The notes beneath the pieces are model-generated. The model saw only the letters and a list, made by a program, of their open reading frames with translations, was not told the origin of the DNA and did not search any database. Both the position numbers and the translations under genes were made by a program. This document shows positions 19,893 to 29,648 of a stretch of 57,254 nucleotides of DNA, piece after piece; the stretch's first letter is position 1; every line of letters begins with the position of its first letter. This DNA is from an uncultured Fibrobacterota bacterium (GTDB taxonomy: Bacteria > Fibrobacterota > Chitinivibrionia > Chitinivibrionales > FEN-1185): positions 1 to 57,254 of the forward strand of contig CAVWBU010000046.1 of assembly GCA_963753345.1 (NCBI GenBank), written 5' to 3'.

Positions 19893-21400
19893 CTTATAAT
19901 TAGCGACTCGCCCGTCATTTCTGCCGGCTTGGCAATGCCCAGCAGCTCGAGCATAGTGGGCGCGAGGTCGCAGAGCCTGCCATTGTCGTGAAGTCGCACC
20001 TTGCCGGCGCCGATGAGCATGAGCGGCACCGGGTTTACCGAATGCGCCGTCATGGGCGAGCCGTCGGCGAGCTTCATCTGCTCGGCGTTGCCGTGGTCGG
20101 CCGCAACAATGCAGGCGCCGCCTTTGGCGAGCGCCGCCTCCACCACATCGTGCACGCACGTGTCGACGGTCTGGACGGCCTTGACGGTCGCATCAAACAC
20201 GCCTGTGTGGCCCACCATGTCGCAGTTGGCGAAGTTGGTGATAACCACGTCGTACTTGTCGGATGCGATCGCCGCCGCCAGCTTGTCGCGCACCTCGAAG
20301 GCGCTCATTTCCGGCTTGAGGTCGTAGGTGGCCACCTTGGGGCTGTTGATAAGAATCCTGTCTTCGCCCGGGAACGGATCGTTTCTCTGGCCGTTAAAAA
20401 AGAATGTGACATGCGCGTATTTTTCGGTCTCGGCGCAACGGAGCTGTTTGAGACCGTTATTGGCAAGCACTTCCCCCAGGATGTTGGTGGAGGGGATTTC
20501 GGGATATGCCTCGGTGAAGTTGCCCTTGTCGTAGTAGTGGGTCATTGCCACAAAATGGATCGAGTGCTTGACCACAGGGAATTCCGAAAACGCGGACTCC
20601 ACGATCGCCATGGTGAGTTGGCGCGTGCGGTCGAACCGGAAATTAAAGAAGATGACAACGTCGTTTGCGCCGATGCCGGTAAAATTGATGAGCCGCGGCT
20701 TGACGAACTCGTCGTTTTCGCCTGCGGCGTACGCGTCGTCGATCGCCGCCTGCCAGCTGTCTACCGCCTTCCCCTTGCCCTGCATGAGCGCGCGGTAGGC
20801 GAGCTCCGTGCGGTCCCAGCGCTTGTCGCGGTCCATGGCGTAGTATCTGCCGATCACCGTGGCCACTCTACCGATTCCTGTTTTATCAATCCCGCTCTGC
20901 AGAAGCGCCAGGTGCTCGCGCGCCGATTTCGGAGGCGTGTCGCGGCCGTCGGTGATGGCGTGCACGAGCACGTTGGAAAAGCCCCGCCGTTTGCACAGGT
21001 CAAGCAGGGCGATGCAGTGGCGCGTTACCGCGTGCACGCCCTCCTCCTGGATGAGGCCGATGAGGTGGAGCGTGCTTTTGCGCTTCTTCGCCTCGTCGAT
21101 GGCGCCGCAGAATGCCTTGTTCGAAAAGAAGTCGCCCTCGGACACCGACTTGTCGATGCGCGTGAGGCTCTGGTACATGATGCGGCCCGAGCCTATGTTG
21201 AGGTGTCCCACCTCGCTGTTGCCCTGGTATCCCTCGGGCAGCCCCACGCTGAGCCCGGACGTCTGAATGAGCGTGTGCGGGTTCGCGGCCAGGTATGCGT
21301 CTGTAAAGGGCGTGGCGGCGACGTGGATCGCGTTGGTGTCGTCGCTCTTGCCCTGTCCCCAGCCGTCGCGGATGATAAGGCACACGGGTCTTTTCTTCAT
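19889..21400 (-). CDS. gpmI: 2,3-bisphosphoglycerate-independent phosphoglycerate mutase
   Basis: DGWG, GNSEVGHLNIG, DGRDT, GRYYAMDRD, AETEKYAHVTFF, DMVGHTG, ADHGNAE. Confidence 0.97.
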   Translation of the reverse strand: MKKRPVCLIIRDGWGQGKSDDTNAIHVAATPFTDAYLAANPHTLIQTSGLSVGLPEGYQGNSEVGHLNIGSGRIMYQSLTRIDKSVSEGDFFSNKAFCGAIDEAKKRKSTLHLIGLIQEEGVHAVTRHCIALLDLCKRRGFSNVLVHAITDGRDTPPKSAREHLALLQSGIDKTGIGRVATVIGRYYAMDRDKRWDRTELAYRALMQGKGKAVDSWQAAIDDAYAAGENDEFVKPRLINFTGIGANDVVIFFNFRFDRTRQLTMAIVESAFSEFPVVKHSIHFVAMTHYYDKGNFTEAYPEIPSTNILGEVLANNGLKQLRCAETEKYAHVTFFFNGQRNDPFPGEDRILINSPKVATYDLKPEMSAFEVRDKLAAAIASDKYDVVITNFANCDMVGHTGVFDATVKAVQTVDTCVHDVVEAALAKGGACIVAADHGNAEQMKLADGSPMTAHSVNPVPLMLIGAGKVRLHDNGRLCDLAPTMLELLGIAKPAEMTGESLIIS

Positions 21401-21633
21401 GACGAAGCGCTCCTTAAGGGGTGAAAGGTCGATCGATGGTGTTGCGTCACGCCGCGTCGGCCATCATCCTGCGATGGGAAAATGCGGGAGACAAATATCG
21501 GACACGAAGCTGATGCGCGTAGATTTTAGTGCCTATAAATATAGCAAATATCATATATTACAGAGCAACATATATTGGGCAAAACAGTGGTTCTTGATTA
21601 GCGGCTATCACCACACTTCACTTCTTTGCGATT

Positions 21634-21658
21634 CAATCCGAAATCCGCAATCCGCAAT
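21634..21658 (+). repeat. Heptamer run (CAATCCG)n
   Basis: CAATCCG AAATCCG CAATCCG CAAT just before the sheath-like gene. Confidence 0.75.
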
Positions 21659-21669
21659 GGTAAACACCA

Positions 21670-23313
21670 GTGAAACCACCTAAAAAGTCTCCCATAAAAT
21701 CGTTTAACGTGACGCTCGGCACTGCCGCGCCCGGGATGTCCCCGGCCGCCCAGCCAGGCCGCTGGAACATCCTCGTCTGCTCCGACCTGGGGTTCACATC
21801 CAAGAATCCGCAGCAGGTGCGGATCGCGGAATGGAACGAGTTCGTGTCTTGCCGGGGCGTTGTGTTGTCGGGAACTGTGCCGGATATTTTGACGGGCGGA
21901 GACAAGCCCTTGTATGTGGAACTGGCGGTGCGCTCGATGAAGGATTTTTCTTCCGACGCCCTTGCTCAGAACGTGCCTCTGTGCGCGGCCTTTTCAACCG
22001 CACTTTCGGCGCTGCGCGGCCTGCTCGGCGGAAAAATCGGCAGCGCGGATGCGGACGCGGTCATTGCAAAAGCGGGACTGCCGCAATCGGAAAAACAGCG
22101 CCTCACGGCTATGCTCGGACCTGCAAAGGGGACCGAACAGCCGAAACAGACGGCCACCGCTGCAAAATCGCCGGTGGACAGAATTCTTTCCATGGTGGAT
22201 GCGAACCCTGCGCCTGCGCAAACGAAAAATGCCGGGAAGCGCGGCTTTGCTGAAGCGCTGGCCGAATCGGTTTCCGGTCCGCGGGAGGATTTCAACAGGG
22301 ACGAACTTTCCGGCTATATTGACGAATGCGAACAACGGATCCGGGCACAGGTGGCCGCAATCGAAAACCTGCCGTTTTTCGCTCTTCGAAAGGCGTCGTG
22401 GACTTGGCTGATGACGCTTGCCAAGGCGGTGGGCAGGAAGCCGGAGGCGCAGGTGACCGTTTACTCGGCCGAAAGCAACGACATGCCGGACACCTTCGGC
22501 CGGGTGCTCGGCGCCTGCGTTGAACAGGGATTTCCGCCGGACATTGTGGTATGGGACTTCGACGTCTCCTTTACAAATGCTCATGTCAAGGGCATGACCT
22601 CGGTCGCCGAGACTGCCGACCTACACAAATGCATGGTTATCGCCCCGCTTGCCGCCGATGAACCCTTGCTGTCCGGCATTTCCGGCCGTCAAACCATTGC
22701 ATATCTTTTCGAGGATACCCGGTTCCTTCCCTATAAAAAACTGCGCAGCAGCCCGCACGCAAGGTGCCTGTGCCTGTGCGCGCCGCCGCTTGCCGGCGGT
22801 AGGGCGGCGTGGTTCGCGGCGCTCCGGTGGGCCGAAATGTTGCTGCAGGAGAACAACCCTGTTGCGGCGCGCGGGCAGGCCGCGCGCGGAGAAAGTATTT
22901 TTTCAAGCGGGCCGGTGTTTGCCTGCCGCATTGCGCCGGGAGTCGCGACGGAGGCCGCGGCCATGGGGCTCACGTTCTTTGAGGAACCACCAACAGGGCT
23001 TTTCAAAGCGGCCACCGTGGTGTCGGCCGAGGCCGCCGACGCGGGCTTTACGAGCCTCTGCTTTAACCTTTTTGTCAATCGCGTGATCCGCAGGTGCGGC
23101 GCATGTCTGCTTTCTGCCGGGTCCGGCGCGAAACGGGACGAGATCGCCGCGGTCCTGCAGGAACAGGTGCAGCGCGAATGCGCCGCGTGCGGCATTGCCT
23201 CGGGCGGCGACACCGTGGGCGTTCGCGAATCCGAAGGCCGCGCCATCGAGGTTTCCGTCGATTCCGAAACTGAAATTGCCGGGCATCCTGTCCGGTTTTC
23301 GTTTTCAATGTAA
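21670..23313 (+). CDS. Divergent T6SS contractile sheath-like protein, TssB(VipA)-TssC(VipB) fusion
   Basis: N-terminal VPDILTGGDKPLYVELAVRSMKDFSSDALAQNVP resembles TssB; IRAQVAAIENLPFF...KASW...YKKLRSSPHARCLCL resembles the TssC core; recognised by eye. Confidence 0.68.
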   Translation: MKPPKKSPIKSFNVTLGTAAPGMSPAAQPGRWNILVCSDLGFTSKNPQQVRIAEWNEFVSCRGVVLSGTVPDILTGGDKPLYVELAVRSMKDFSSDALAQNVPLCAAFSTALSALRGLLGGKIGSADADAVIAKAGLPQSEKQRLTAMLGPAKGTEQPKQTATAAKSPVDRILSMVDANPAPAQTKNAGKRGFAEALAESVSGPREDFNRDELSGYIDECEQRIRAQVAAIENLPFFALRKASWTWLMTLAKAVGRKPEAQVTVYSAESNDMPDTFGRVLGACVEQGFPPDIVVWDFDVSFTNAHVKGMTSVAETADLHKCMVIAPLAADEPLLSGISGRQTIAYLFEDTRFLPYKKLRSSPHARCLCLCAPPLAGGRAAWFAALRWAEMLLQENNPVAARGQAARGESIFSSGPVFACRIAPGVATEAAAMGLTFFEEPPTGLFKAATVVSAEAADAGFTSLCFNLFVNRVIRRCGACLLSAGSGAKRDEIAAVLQEQVQRECAACGIASGGDTVGVRESEGRAIEVSVDSETEIAGHPVRFSFSM

Positions 23314-23328
23314 CGCGGGAGAAGGAGC

Positions 23329-24318
23329 ATGAAAAAGACCCTTTTGTCAATTGCCACCGTTGTGTGCGCCGCAGCGCTGTGCGCGTCGGCCGGACCGCGG
23401 GCCGCCGCGACCGAACAATTCGTGAAGCACGCTGTGCGTGCGGGCGAGAGCGTGAGCCTCATCTGCATCGATCATTTCGGCTACTGGAGCGCGGACATGG
23501 GCAAGACGATTGCCAAGGACAATCCGTCGCTCAAGGACATCAACGTCATCGCCATCGGGCAGGTGCTTGTGCTGCGCAACCCGAATTACAAAGGAGAAAA
23601 GCCGGCCCAGGCCGCCGCTCCTTCCGCGGCCGAGCAGAAAGTGGCAGCGTCGCAGGGCGTGGTCACGTGCGTGGAAGGCGACGCGCTGGTGATCCCGAAG
23701 GCCGGCGCAAAGCGGAAGCTTTGCGTCAACGCCATCGTGTATCCGGGCGACGTGATCGTGACGCAGGCCAACGGTAGGGTGGAGATCATTGTCAACAGGG
23801 AAACCGTGGTGAGGCTCAAGGAGAACACGCGGCTCACGGTGGAGGCCTTCCGCGACGCGCAGGCCGGCGCGGGAAAGACAAAGATGGGATTCACCCTGGG
23901 GTCGGTGTGGGCCAAGATAAAGCGGTTCCAGGACAAGGTGAGCCGCTTCGATCTCGAGCTGCCCACGGCAATCGCGGGCGTCCACGGCACGGTGTACGAG
24001 GCGTCCGTGGAAAAGGACAGTTCCTCCGAAGTCAAGGTGTACACCGGCGAGGTCGCGGTGAAGAACAATCCGGCGGTGCATGCCCCCACGGGGGGCGAGG
24101 TGGGCGAGGTGAGCGGCCCCGGCGAAGTGGCGGGCCCGAGCGAGGTGAGCATGGACCAGTGGGTGACCATCGTGCGCGACATGCAGAAGATCCGCATTGA
24201 TAAAAAAGGAAAGCCGAAGCCGGTCGAGGATTTCAAGCGGGACGAGGCCGACTCGTGGGAAAAATGGAACACCGAGCGCGACAGGCGCATCGGCGAACTT
24301 TTCGAGGAGAGTGAGTGA
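23329..24318 (+). CDS. Secreted LysM + FecR domain protein
   Basis: Signal peptide; HAVRAGESV...IAKDNPSLKDINVIAIGQVL (LysM); GDVIVT...RLKENT...PTAIAGVHGT...VYTGEV (FecR). Confidence 0.85.
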   Translation: MKKTLLSIATVVCAAALCASAGPRAAATEQFVKHAVRAGESVSLICIDHFGYWSADMGKTIAKDNPSLKDINVIAIGQVLVLRNPNYKGEKPAQAAAPSAAEQKVAASQGVVTCVEGDALVIPKAGAKRKLCVNAIVYPGDVIVTQANGRVEIIVNRETVVRLKENTRLTVEAFRDAQAGAGKTKMGFTLGSVWAKIKRFQDKVSRFDLELPTAIAGVHGTVYEASVEKDSSSEVKVYTGEVAVKNNPAVHAPTGGEVGEVSGPGEVAGPSEVSMDQWVTIVRDMQKIRIDKKGKPKPVEDFKRDEADSWEKWNTERDRRIGELFEESE

Positions 24319-26717
24319 TGACGTTCAAAAAGGCCGCAGTGCTCGGCGGCGGCACCGTGCTGCTCACGGCGGTGATGTTCTTCAAGCCGCTCAAGTTTGT
24401 GGAAAACGTCTTCTACGACCTGAATTTCGCCTTCACAAAAGCGACCGCGGTGTGCGATTCGGTGGTGGTGGTGGGCCTCGACGCGGAGAGCATCAGCGGC
24501 GTGGGCACCTGGCCGTGGCCGCGCGCGGTGATCGCGCAGCTCATAAACAGCCTGCAGGCGTGCTCGCCGCGCGTGGTGGCGCTCGACATCCTGTTCCCGC
24601 CCAAGCGCGAGGACCCGGCGGGCAACGACAGCCTCGCGCGGGCATTCGCAAAAGTGAACAAACTCATCCTGCCGTTCCGCGCAACCTTCCGCGCGGGCGG
24701 CGCGGACTCGGCCGAGGTCCCGGTCCCGCCGGCGGTGTTCAAACAGCGGTTCCTTTTGGTGAAGCAGAAGGCCGGACTCGACAACGTCACGTTTTTTTCG
24801 GCAAACAGGATCGACGCCTCCGACTCATTGTTCACCGCCTCCGCGACGCAGAGCGGCGTCATCAACGTCACCACCAACAAGGTTGACCAGAAACTGCGCG
24901 AGATCGTGCACGTCATCAAGGCGGGCGACGAGTACTATCCGTCGTTCGGGTTGTGCGCCGCCGCCGCCTTTCTCGGCGTCAAGCCCGACGAATTCGTGCT
25001 CGACGGCAAACCCCAGGTTAAGCTCGGCGACCGCGGCGTACCCATTTCCCGCTATGCGGGCAGCACGCTTATCCACTATCGGGGACGGAGCGGCACGGTG
25101 CGCACCCTGCCCGCGGTGAAGGTGCTCACCGGCGCAATCGACCCCGCGCTCCTGCGCGACAAACTGGTCTTTGTGGGCGTCACCGATGCGGGCGCGGGCG
25201 CCGATTTCTTCACCACGCCCGTGGGCTCCCAGTTCCCCGGCGTGGAGCTGTGGGCCACCGCGGCGATGGATGTGCTCCAGGGATCGTGGGTGAGGGACCT
25301 TTCGGGCATAGGAGCATTTGTCAATATCCTTTTCGTGTTTCTCGTATTTCCGGGGCTCGCGCTCGTGATCCCGCCCAGGAAGAAGGCGCTGTATATCGCG
25401 GCCGCGTTTGTCCTGGTGGCGGCGAGCATCGCGCTGGGCTGCTACCTGTTCAGCCACGCTCAAGTGTTCTGGAACCCCGGCGATCATGTCTACGCCCTGG
25501 TCTTCTCCATTGTCTATGTGGCCGCGCTGGCCGGCGCGCCCGCGCTCGTGGAGCGCGCGGCCATCGATTTTGAGGTCCCGGCCGCATCGGACCGCGATTC
25601 CCTTCCGCCGCCGCGCGAGGAGGACTTCATCCGCGCGCTGCCGCATGCCGAGTCCGCCGCGCATGTCGCGAACAGGCTGGGGCGGGCGCGGGGAGGGGCC
25701 GCGCAGGCGCCAGGAGAAACGTTTTCCGGCACCGCGGCCGAGGAGCATCTGTATGCAAAGGAAGGGCCGGCGGTAAGGCCCGGCGGCGACACAAAGGCCG
25801 ATGTGCGTCTGACGCCGGAGCAGGCGGCGAGTTTTCAGAACCTGGCGGGCGGCAGGATCGTTAAATTTCTGGGCAGCGGCGGCATGGCCGACGTGTACCT
25901 TGTGTGGAACCCCCGCCTCGAGGTCTATCGCGCCGTCAAGGTGATAAAGCCCAGCCAGCCGGAAAATCTGCTCGCGCGGTTTGAAACCGAAATACGCATT
26001 CTGTCAAAGCTCCAGCATCCCAACATCGTGCAATTTTACAATGTGGGAGAGTGGCATTCGCTTCCGTATATCGAGATGGAATACGTGCCAGGGGCGGCGT
26101 TCGACGACGTCCAGAATAAGTGCCCCATCTTGAGCCCACAGGAAACCGCGGCCGTCGGAATCCTTGTATGCCGCGCGCTCGAGTACGCGCACCGCAAGTC
26201 CGCCACCATCTACGGCACCACCTACAAGGGCGTGATCCACCGCGACCTCAAGCCCGCGAACATCATGCTGTCGAAGAGCGGCCGCGTCAAGCTCACCGAC
26301 TTCGGCATCGCGCGGCCGCAGGAAGTGAGCATCCACACGCTCGACACGGGCGCCGTGGTCGGGACGCTGCCGTACCTTGCGCCCGAGCAGTTGACCGGCG
26401 GGACCACCACCGCGCGCGTGGACATCTACGCGCTCGGTCTCACGCTGTACGAGTTTCTCACGGGCGAGCGCGCCTTTCCGCAGACCATGCTCCCCGAGCT
26501 TCTTTCCGCAAAGTCAAGCGGACAGTTTAAGCCGCTTCCGGCGGCGGTTCCCGCGGCGCTTTCCGCCGCGGTGGTGAAGGCGATGTCGGTGCAGTCGGCC
26601 GACCGGTACGAATCGGCCGCGGCCATGGAGCACGACCTCGAAAAGCTGCTGCGGATGCCGGGCGCGGCCTCCGGGTACGGCATTCTCGAAAACCTTGTCA
26701 AGCGTTACTATTCATAA
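24318..26717 (+). CDS. CHASE2-domain membrane Ser/Thr protein kinase
   Basis: WPWPRAVIA, VVALDILF, FPGVE (CHASE2); TM helices; GSGGMADVY, AVK, HRDLKPANIM, DFG, YLAPEQ; TGATG coupling to the upstream gene. Confidence 0.92.
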   Translation: MTFKKAAVLGGGTVLLTAVMFFKPLKFVENVFYDLNFAFTKATAVCDSVVVVGLDAESISGVGTWPWPRAVIAQLINSLQACSPRVVALDILFPPKREDPAGNDSLARAFAKVNKLILPFRATFRAGGADSAEVPVPPAVFKQRFLLVKQKAGLDNVTFFSANRIDASDSLFTASATQSGVINVTTNKVDQKLREIVHVIKAGDEYYPSFGLCAAAAFLGVKPDEFVLDGKPQVKLGDRGVPISRYAGSTLIHYRGRSGTVRTLPAVKVLTGAIDPALLRDKLVFVGVTDAGAGADFFTTPVGSQFPGVELWATAAMDVLQGSWVRDLSGIGAFVNILFVFLVFPGLALVIPPRKKALYIAAAFVLVAASIALGCYLFSHAQVFWNPGDHVYALVFSIVYVAALAGAPALVERAAIDFEVPAASDRDSLPPPREEDFIRALPHAESAAHVANRLGRARGGAAQAPGETFSGTAAEEHLYAKEGPAVRPGGDTKADVRLTPEQAASFQNLAGGRIVKFLGSGGMADVYLVWNPRLEVYRAVKVIKPSQPENLLARFETEIRILSKLQHPNIVQFYNVGEWHSLPYIEMEYVPGAAFDDVQNKCPILSPQETAAVGILVCRALEYAHRKSATIYGTTYKGVIHRDLKPANIMLSKSGRVKLTDFGIARPQEVSIHTLDTGAVVGTLPYLAPEQLTGGTTTARVDIYALGLTLYEFLTGERAFPQTMLPELLSAKSSGQFKPLPAAVPAALSAAVVKAMSVQSADRYESAAAMEHDLEKLLRMPGAASGYGILENLVKRYYS

Positions 26718-26736
26718 CTGTCCGGGCGCGGGCAAC

Positions 26737-28401
26737 ATGAGCTATTACTATCTGGAAGTGCTCCGGGGTTCCGAAGTCGGCCGGCGCTATTTGCTTGCCG
26801 ACGGCGCCACGAGCGTGGGCAGGAGTTCCCAGAACACCCTCGCGCTCCATTCGGCGGAGAAGAGCGTGTCGGGGCACCATGCCATCATCTACAAGAGCGG
26901 CGACCGGATAAGCCTGCAGGACCTGGAAAGCACCAACGGCACGTTCGTGAATGAGGAGCGCGCAAGCGAGCGCGAGCTTGCCGCGGGCGACGTCGTGGGG
27001 TTCGGCAAGGCCGGCCCGCGGCTCAGGCTCATCGCATCCGACAAGGAGCTTCCCCTCGAACCAGGGAAGGCGCAGATGGCGTCGGCCGAATCGACGAGCA
27101 TCCGCACCGTGGAAGACGAGCTGCAGGCGTTCGGGAACAGGGAGGCGCCCGAGGGCACGGGCAAGGAGGATCTGGAGCTCATCACCAAGGTGCGTCTCAG
27201 GATGCCGAAAGAGGGAGCCGGGTTTTCTGGCCCTTCCGCGACCATGGACATGGAAAAGAAGATCCTCGAAAACAAGCTCGGCGAAAGCGACATGCGCCAC
27301 CTGATGCGCGACGGTAAACGGCTTGACAGGATCATCGACCGCGGCAACATCGGCACCGCGCAGGCGTCGATGCTCCGCACTGCGCACGGCGCGCACGCGC
27401 AGTCGAACAAACGGTGGCTATTAATTCTGGGGTGCGTAGTGGCGGTGTCGGCCGTGGCGGTTTCCTTTTTCGCTATTCGGGCGTACCAGTACAAGGCGCT
27501 TTTGTCAAGGGGCATGTCGCTCCGAGCCACGCTGGATTCGTACGAGACGCAGATCGCCCAGGCGAACAAAGACCCGGACGCCAACAAGCGCAGGCTCGAC
27601 TCGCTCATCGGCGAGCTCGACAAGGCAAAGAAACAGCTCGCGGCCGTCAAGCAGGACGTGCGCCAGAACGACTACGGCAGGTTTTATTCCGACCCGCTCG
27701 AAAAGACGATCGACCAGGTGCTCATGCGCTTCGGCGAGACCGACTACCACATCCCGCAGGAGATGGTCTCGCGCGTCAAGTACCACGTCTCGGTGTACTC
27801 GGGCGTTCTGCACCAGACCATCGCCAAGTACGTGGGCCGCAAGGAGCGGTATTTCCCCATGATCCGGCGCGTGTTCCGCGACAACAAGCTGCCCGAAGAC
27901 CTTGCCTACGTGTCGATGCTCGAAAGCGGGTTCAACCCGCGCGCGCTGTCACCGGTCGGGGCGCGGGGCATGTGGCAGTTTATGCCCGAAACCGGAAGAC
28001 GCTACGGCCTGCGGGTCGACGCGTCGGTCGACGAGCGGTGCGATCCGGAAAAGGCCACGCTGGCCGCCGCAAAGTACTTCAAGGAGCTCATCGCCATTTT
28101 CGGCGGCCAGAGCTCGGTGATGCTCGCCATGGCGGCCTACAACGCGGGTGAAGGCAGGGTCGTGGGCGCGCTCCGGAAAATCGACAACCCCATGCGCAAC
28201 CGCGATTTCTGGTACATTTACAGAATGGGATACCTTGCCGAGGAAACCAACGAATACATACCGCGCGTGATGGCCCTGCTCATCATCTCCGAACATCCGG
28301 ACCAGTACGGATTTTCGCAGGTTCCCGCAGCTCCCGCAGGACAGGCTGACGCGGAGAATGATTTTATTCCGCTGGATAATATAAAAAATACGGGCAAGTA
28401 G
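26737..28401 (+). CDS. FHA domain - TM - coiled coil - lytic transglycosylase (MltD-like SLT) protein
   Basis: VGRS...SVSGHHA...LQDLESTNGTFVN (FHA); TM WLLILGCVVAV; LESGFNP, GMWQFMP, AAYNAGEG (SLT). Confidence 0.92.
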   Translation: MSYYYLEVLRGSEVGRRYLLADGATSVGRSSQNTLALHSAEKSVSGHHAIIYKSGDRISLQDLESTNGTFVNEERASERELAAGDVVGFGKAGPRLRLIASDKELPLEPGKAQMASAESTSIRTVEDELQAFGNREAPEGTGKEDLELITKVRLRMPKEGAGFSGPSATMDMEKKILENKLGESDMRHLMRDGKRLDRIIDRGNIGTAQASMLRTAHGAHAQSNKRWLLILGCVVAVSAVAVSFFAIRAYQYKALLSRGMSLRATLDSYETQIAQANKDPDANKRRLDSLIGELDKAKKQLAAVKQDVRQNDYGRFYSDPLEKTIDQVLMRFGETDYHIPQEMVSRVKYHVSVYSGVLHQTIAKYVGRKERYFPMIRRVFRDNKLPEDLAYVSMLESGFNPRALSPVGARGMWQFMPETGRRYGLRVDASVDERCDPEKATLAAAKYFKELIAIFGGQSSVMLAMAAYNAGEGRVVGALRKIDNPMRNRDFWYIYRMGYLAEETNEYIPRVMALLIISEHPDQYGFSQVPAAPAGQADAENDFIPLDNIKNTGK

Positions 28402-28426
28402 ACGAATTCTCAAGATATAAATATTT

Positions 28427-28587
28427 TTGGTGGGGGAAGGCTCCCCCTCGCTTCGGCCCGGCCGCGCTACTTCGCAAACCAACACCTCTGAGACGCGCGT
28501 CCGGTCCAGCGCTACCCCCTCGCGGGTGCACCCCTTGATGGTGTAGTTGCAAGAATCAAACACCTGTGTGGGGGCACCCAAGGAGAG
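28427..28587 (-). repeat. Family B structured repeat, copy 3
   Basis: Reverse complement of the copy 1 architecture: TTGGTGGGGGAAGG...GGGGCACCCAAGGAGAG. Confidence 0.8.
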
Positions 28588-28601
28588 CAGTTTAAAAGAA
28601 A

Positions 28602-28736
28602 AAGTGTTGAAGCGTTGAAAAGTTGGAAACAAAGAATTACTTTGTCACTAAAAGAGAGTTGAACGTTGACGGTTGGCAGTTGACAGCGGGATAAAGAGCA
28701 TAAGATGTCATTGCGAGCGCAGCGAGGGTAACGCCC
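28602..28736 (-). repeat. Octamer and heptamer runs plus family A head fragment
   Basis: GTTGAAGCGTTGAAAAGTTGG; TTACTTTGTCAC; GTTGACGGTTGGCAGTTGACAG; GAGGGTAACGCCC. Confidence 0.75.
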
Positions 28737-28769
28737 AAATTCTTCGTGTTTATTTTTTATTGAGGAAAG

Positions 28770-29627
28770 TTATACCGAAACCGCCTGCGGTTCCTGCTTC
28801 CTGAAAAACCTTATCCCCTGCTCCACCAGATGCATGTCGACGCAGGTGTTGAAGCACGGGCCGTTGGGCCTGTCGTTGATGACGCCGTACACCGGAATAG
28901 GATGCACGTCCTGGATGCCGAAGGTGAGGTCGCGCTCGCAGGCAACGGCAACGATGCCGTCGGGACGGAACGAGGCCACCTTCCGGCGCGCGAGCGTGCC
29001 GCCGTTCACCACTTCCACGTTAAGTCCGAACCGCTCTCCCATGTCAACGAGGCTTCCCACCGGGCAACGCCCGCACCGGGCGCAGTTGCTCACGCTCGAG
29101 GTGAGCTTCCTGTTGCAGATGTCGATCTGCAGGCAGTGGGGGAGCAAAATGAGGATGCGGTCGCCGCGGATGCGCTTGCGCTGCGCCTTGGTGAGCGCGT
29201 TGTTCACCTTGATGAACGAGGCGCGCAGCTTTGCGCGGTCCACGCGCAACAGCTGGCTCAGCGTGGCAGCGATGGGGAAGAGGAATTTTACGGTCACCGA
29301 CTGCTTGCCGTGGGGGTAGAGAAGGTCCCATCCGGTGAGGGCGGTGACCGTGATGAGCGTGAGGCCAGCCGCCACCACGAGAACAACCGTGAGCAAGAGA
29401 ACAATGGCGGCACGGTCGGCCCATAGGCCGATCACCGCGAGCCGCGGATGCACCAGATAGTATAAGAGGAAGGCGCCGCCCACGAAAATGAAGAGGCTGG
29501 CCCAGCAGAACGCAAGGAATGTCGCTTTTGTCCATGCGCTGCGCCACGCAGACTGCACCTTCGCGCCCGCGCCGACGGCCGCGTTCCGCAGAATTCCCGC
29601 TGCCGGTCGTGAATCCATAGGCAACAA
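28770..29627 (-). CDS. DUF116 family membrane protein
   Basis: LLPHCLQ, CARCGRC, GGTLAR, VAVACERDL, GPCFNT. Confidence 0.88.
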   Translation of the reverse strand: MLPMDSRPAAGILRNAAVGAGAKVQSAWRSAWTKATFLAFCWASLFIFVGGAFLLYYLVHPRLAVIGLWADRAAIVLLLTVVLVVAAGLTLITVTALTGWDLLYPHGKQSVTVKFLFPIAATLSQLLRVDRAKLRASFIKVNNALTKAQRKRIRGDRILILLPHCLQIDICNRKLTSSVSNCARCGRCPVGSLVDMGERFGLNVEVVNGGTLARRKVASFRPDGIVAVACERDLTFGIQDVHPIPVYGVINDRPNGPCFNTCVDMHLVEQGIRFFRKQEPQAVSV

Positions 29628-29648
29628 CGTGTGGAGGTTCGAGAAACG

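Noticed and set aside
21430-21525. GATGGTGTT...GCTGATG resembling a fluoride riboswitch
   Set aside because: Pairing and spacing do not fit the motif and no relevant downstream gene is present
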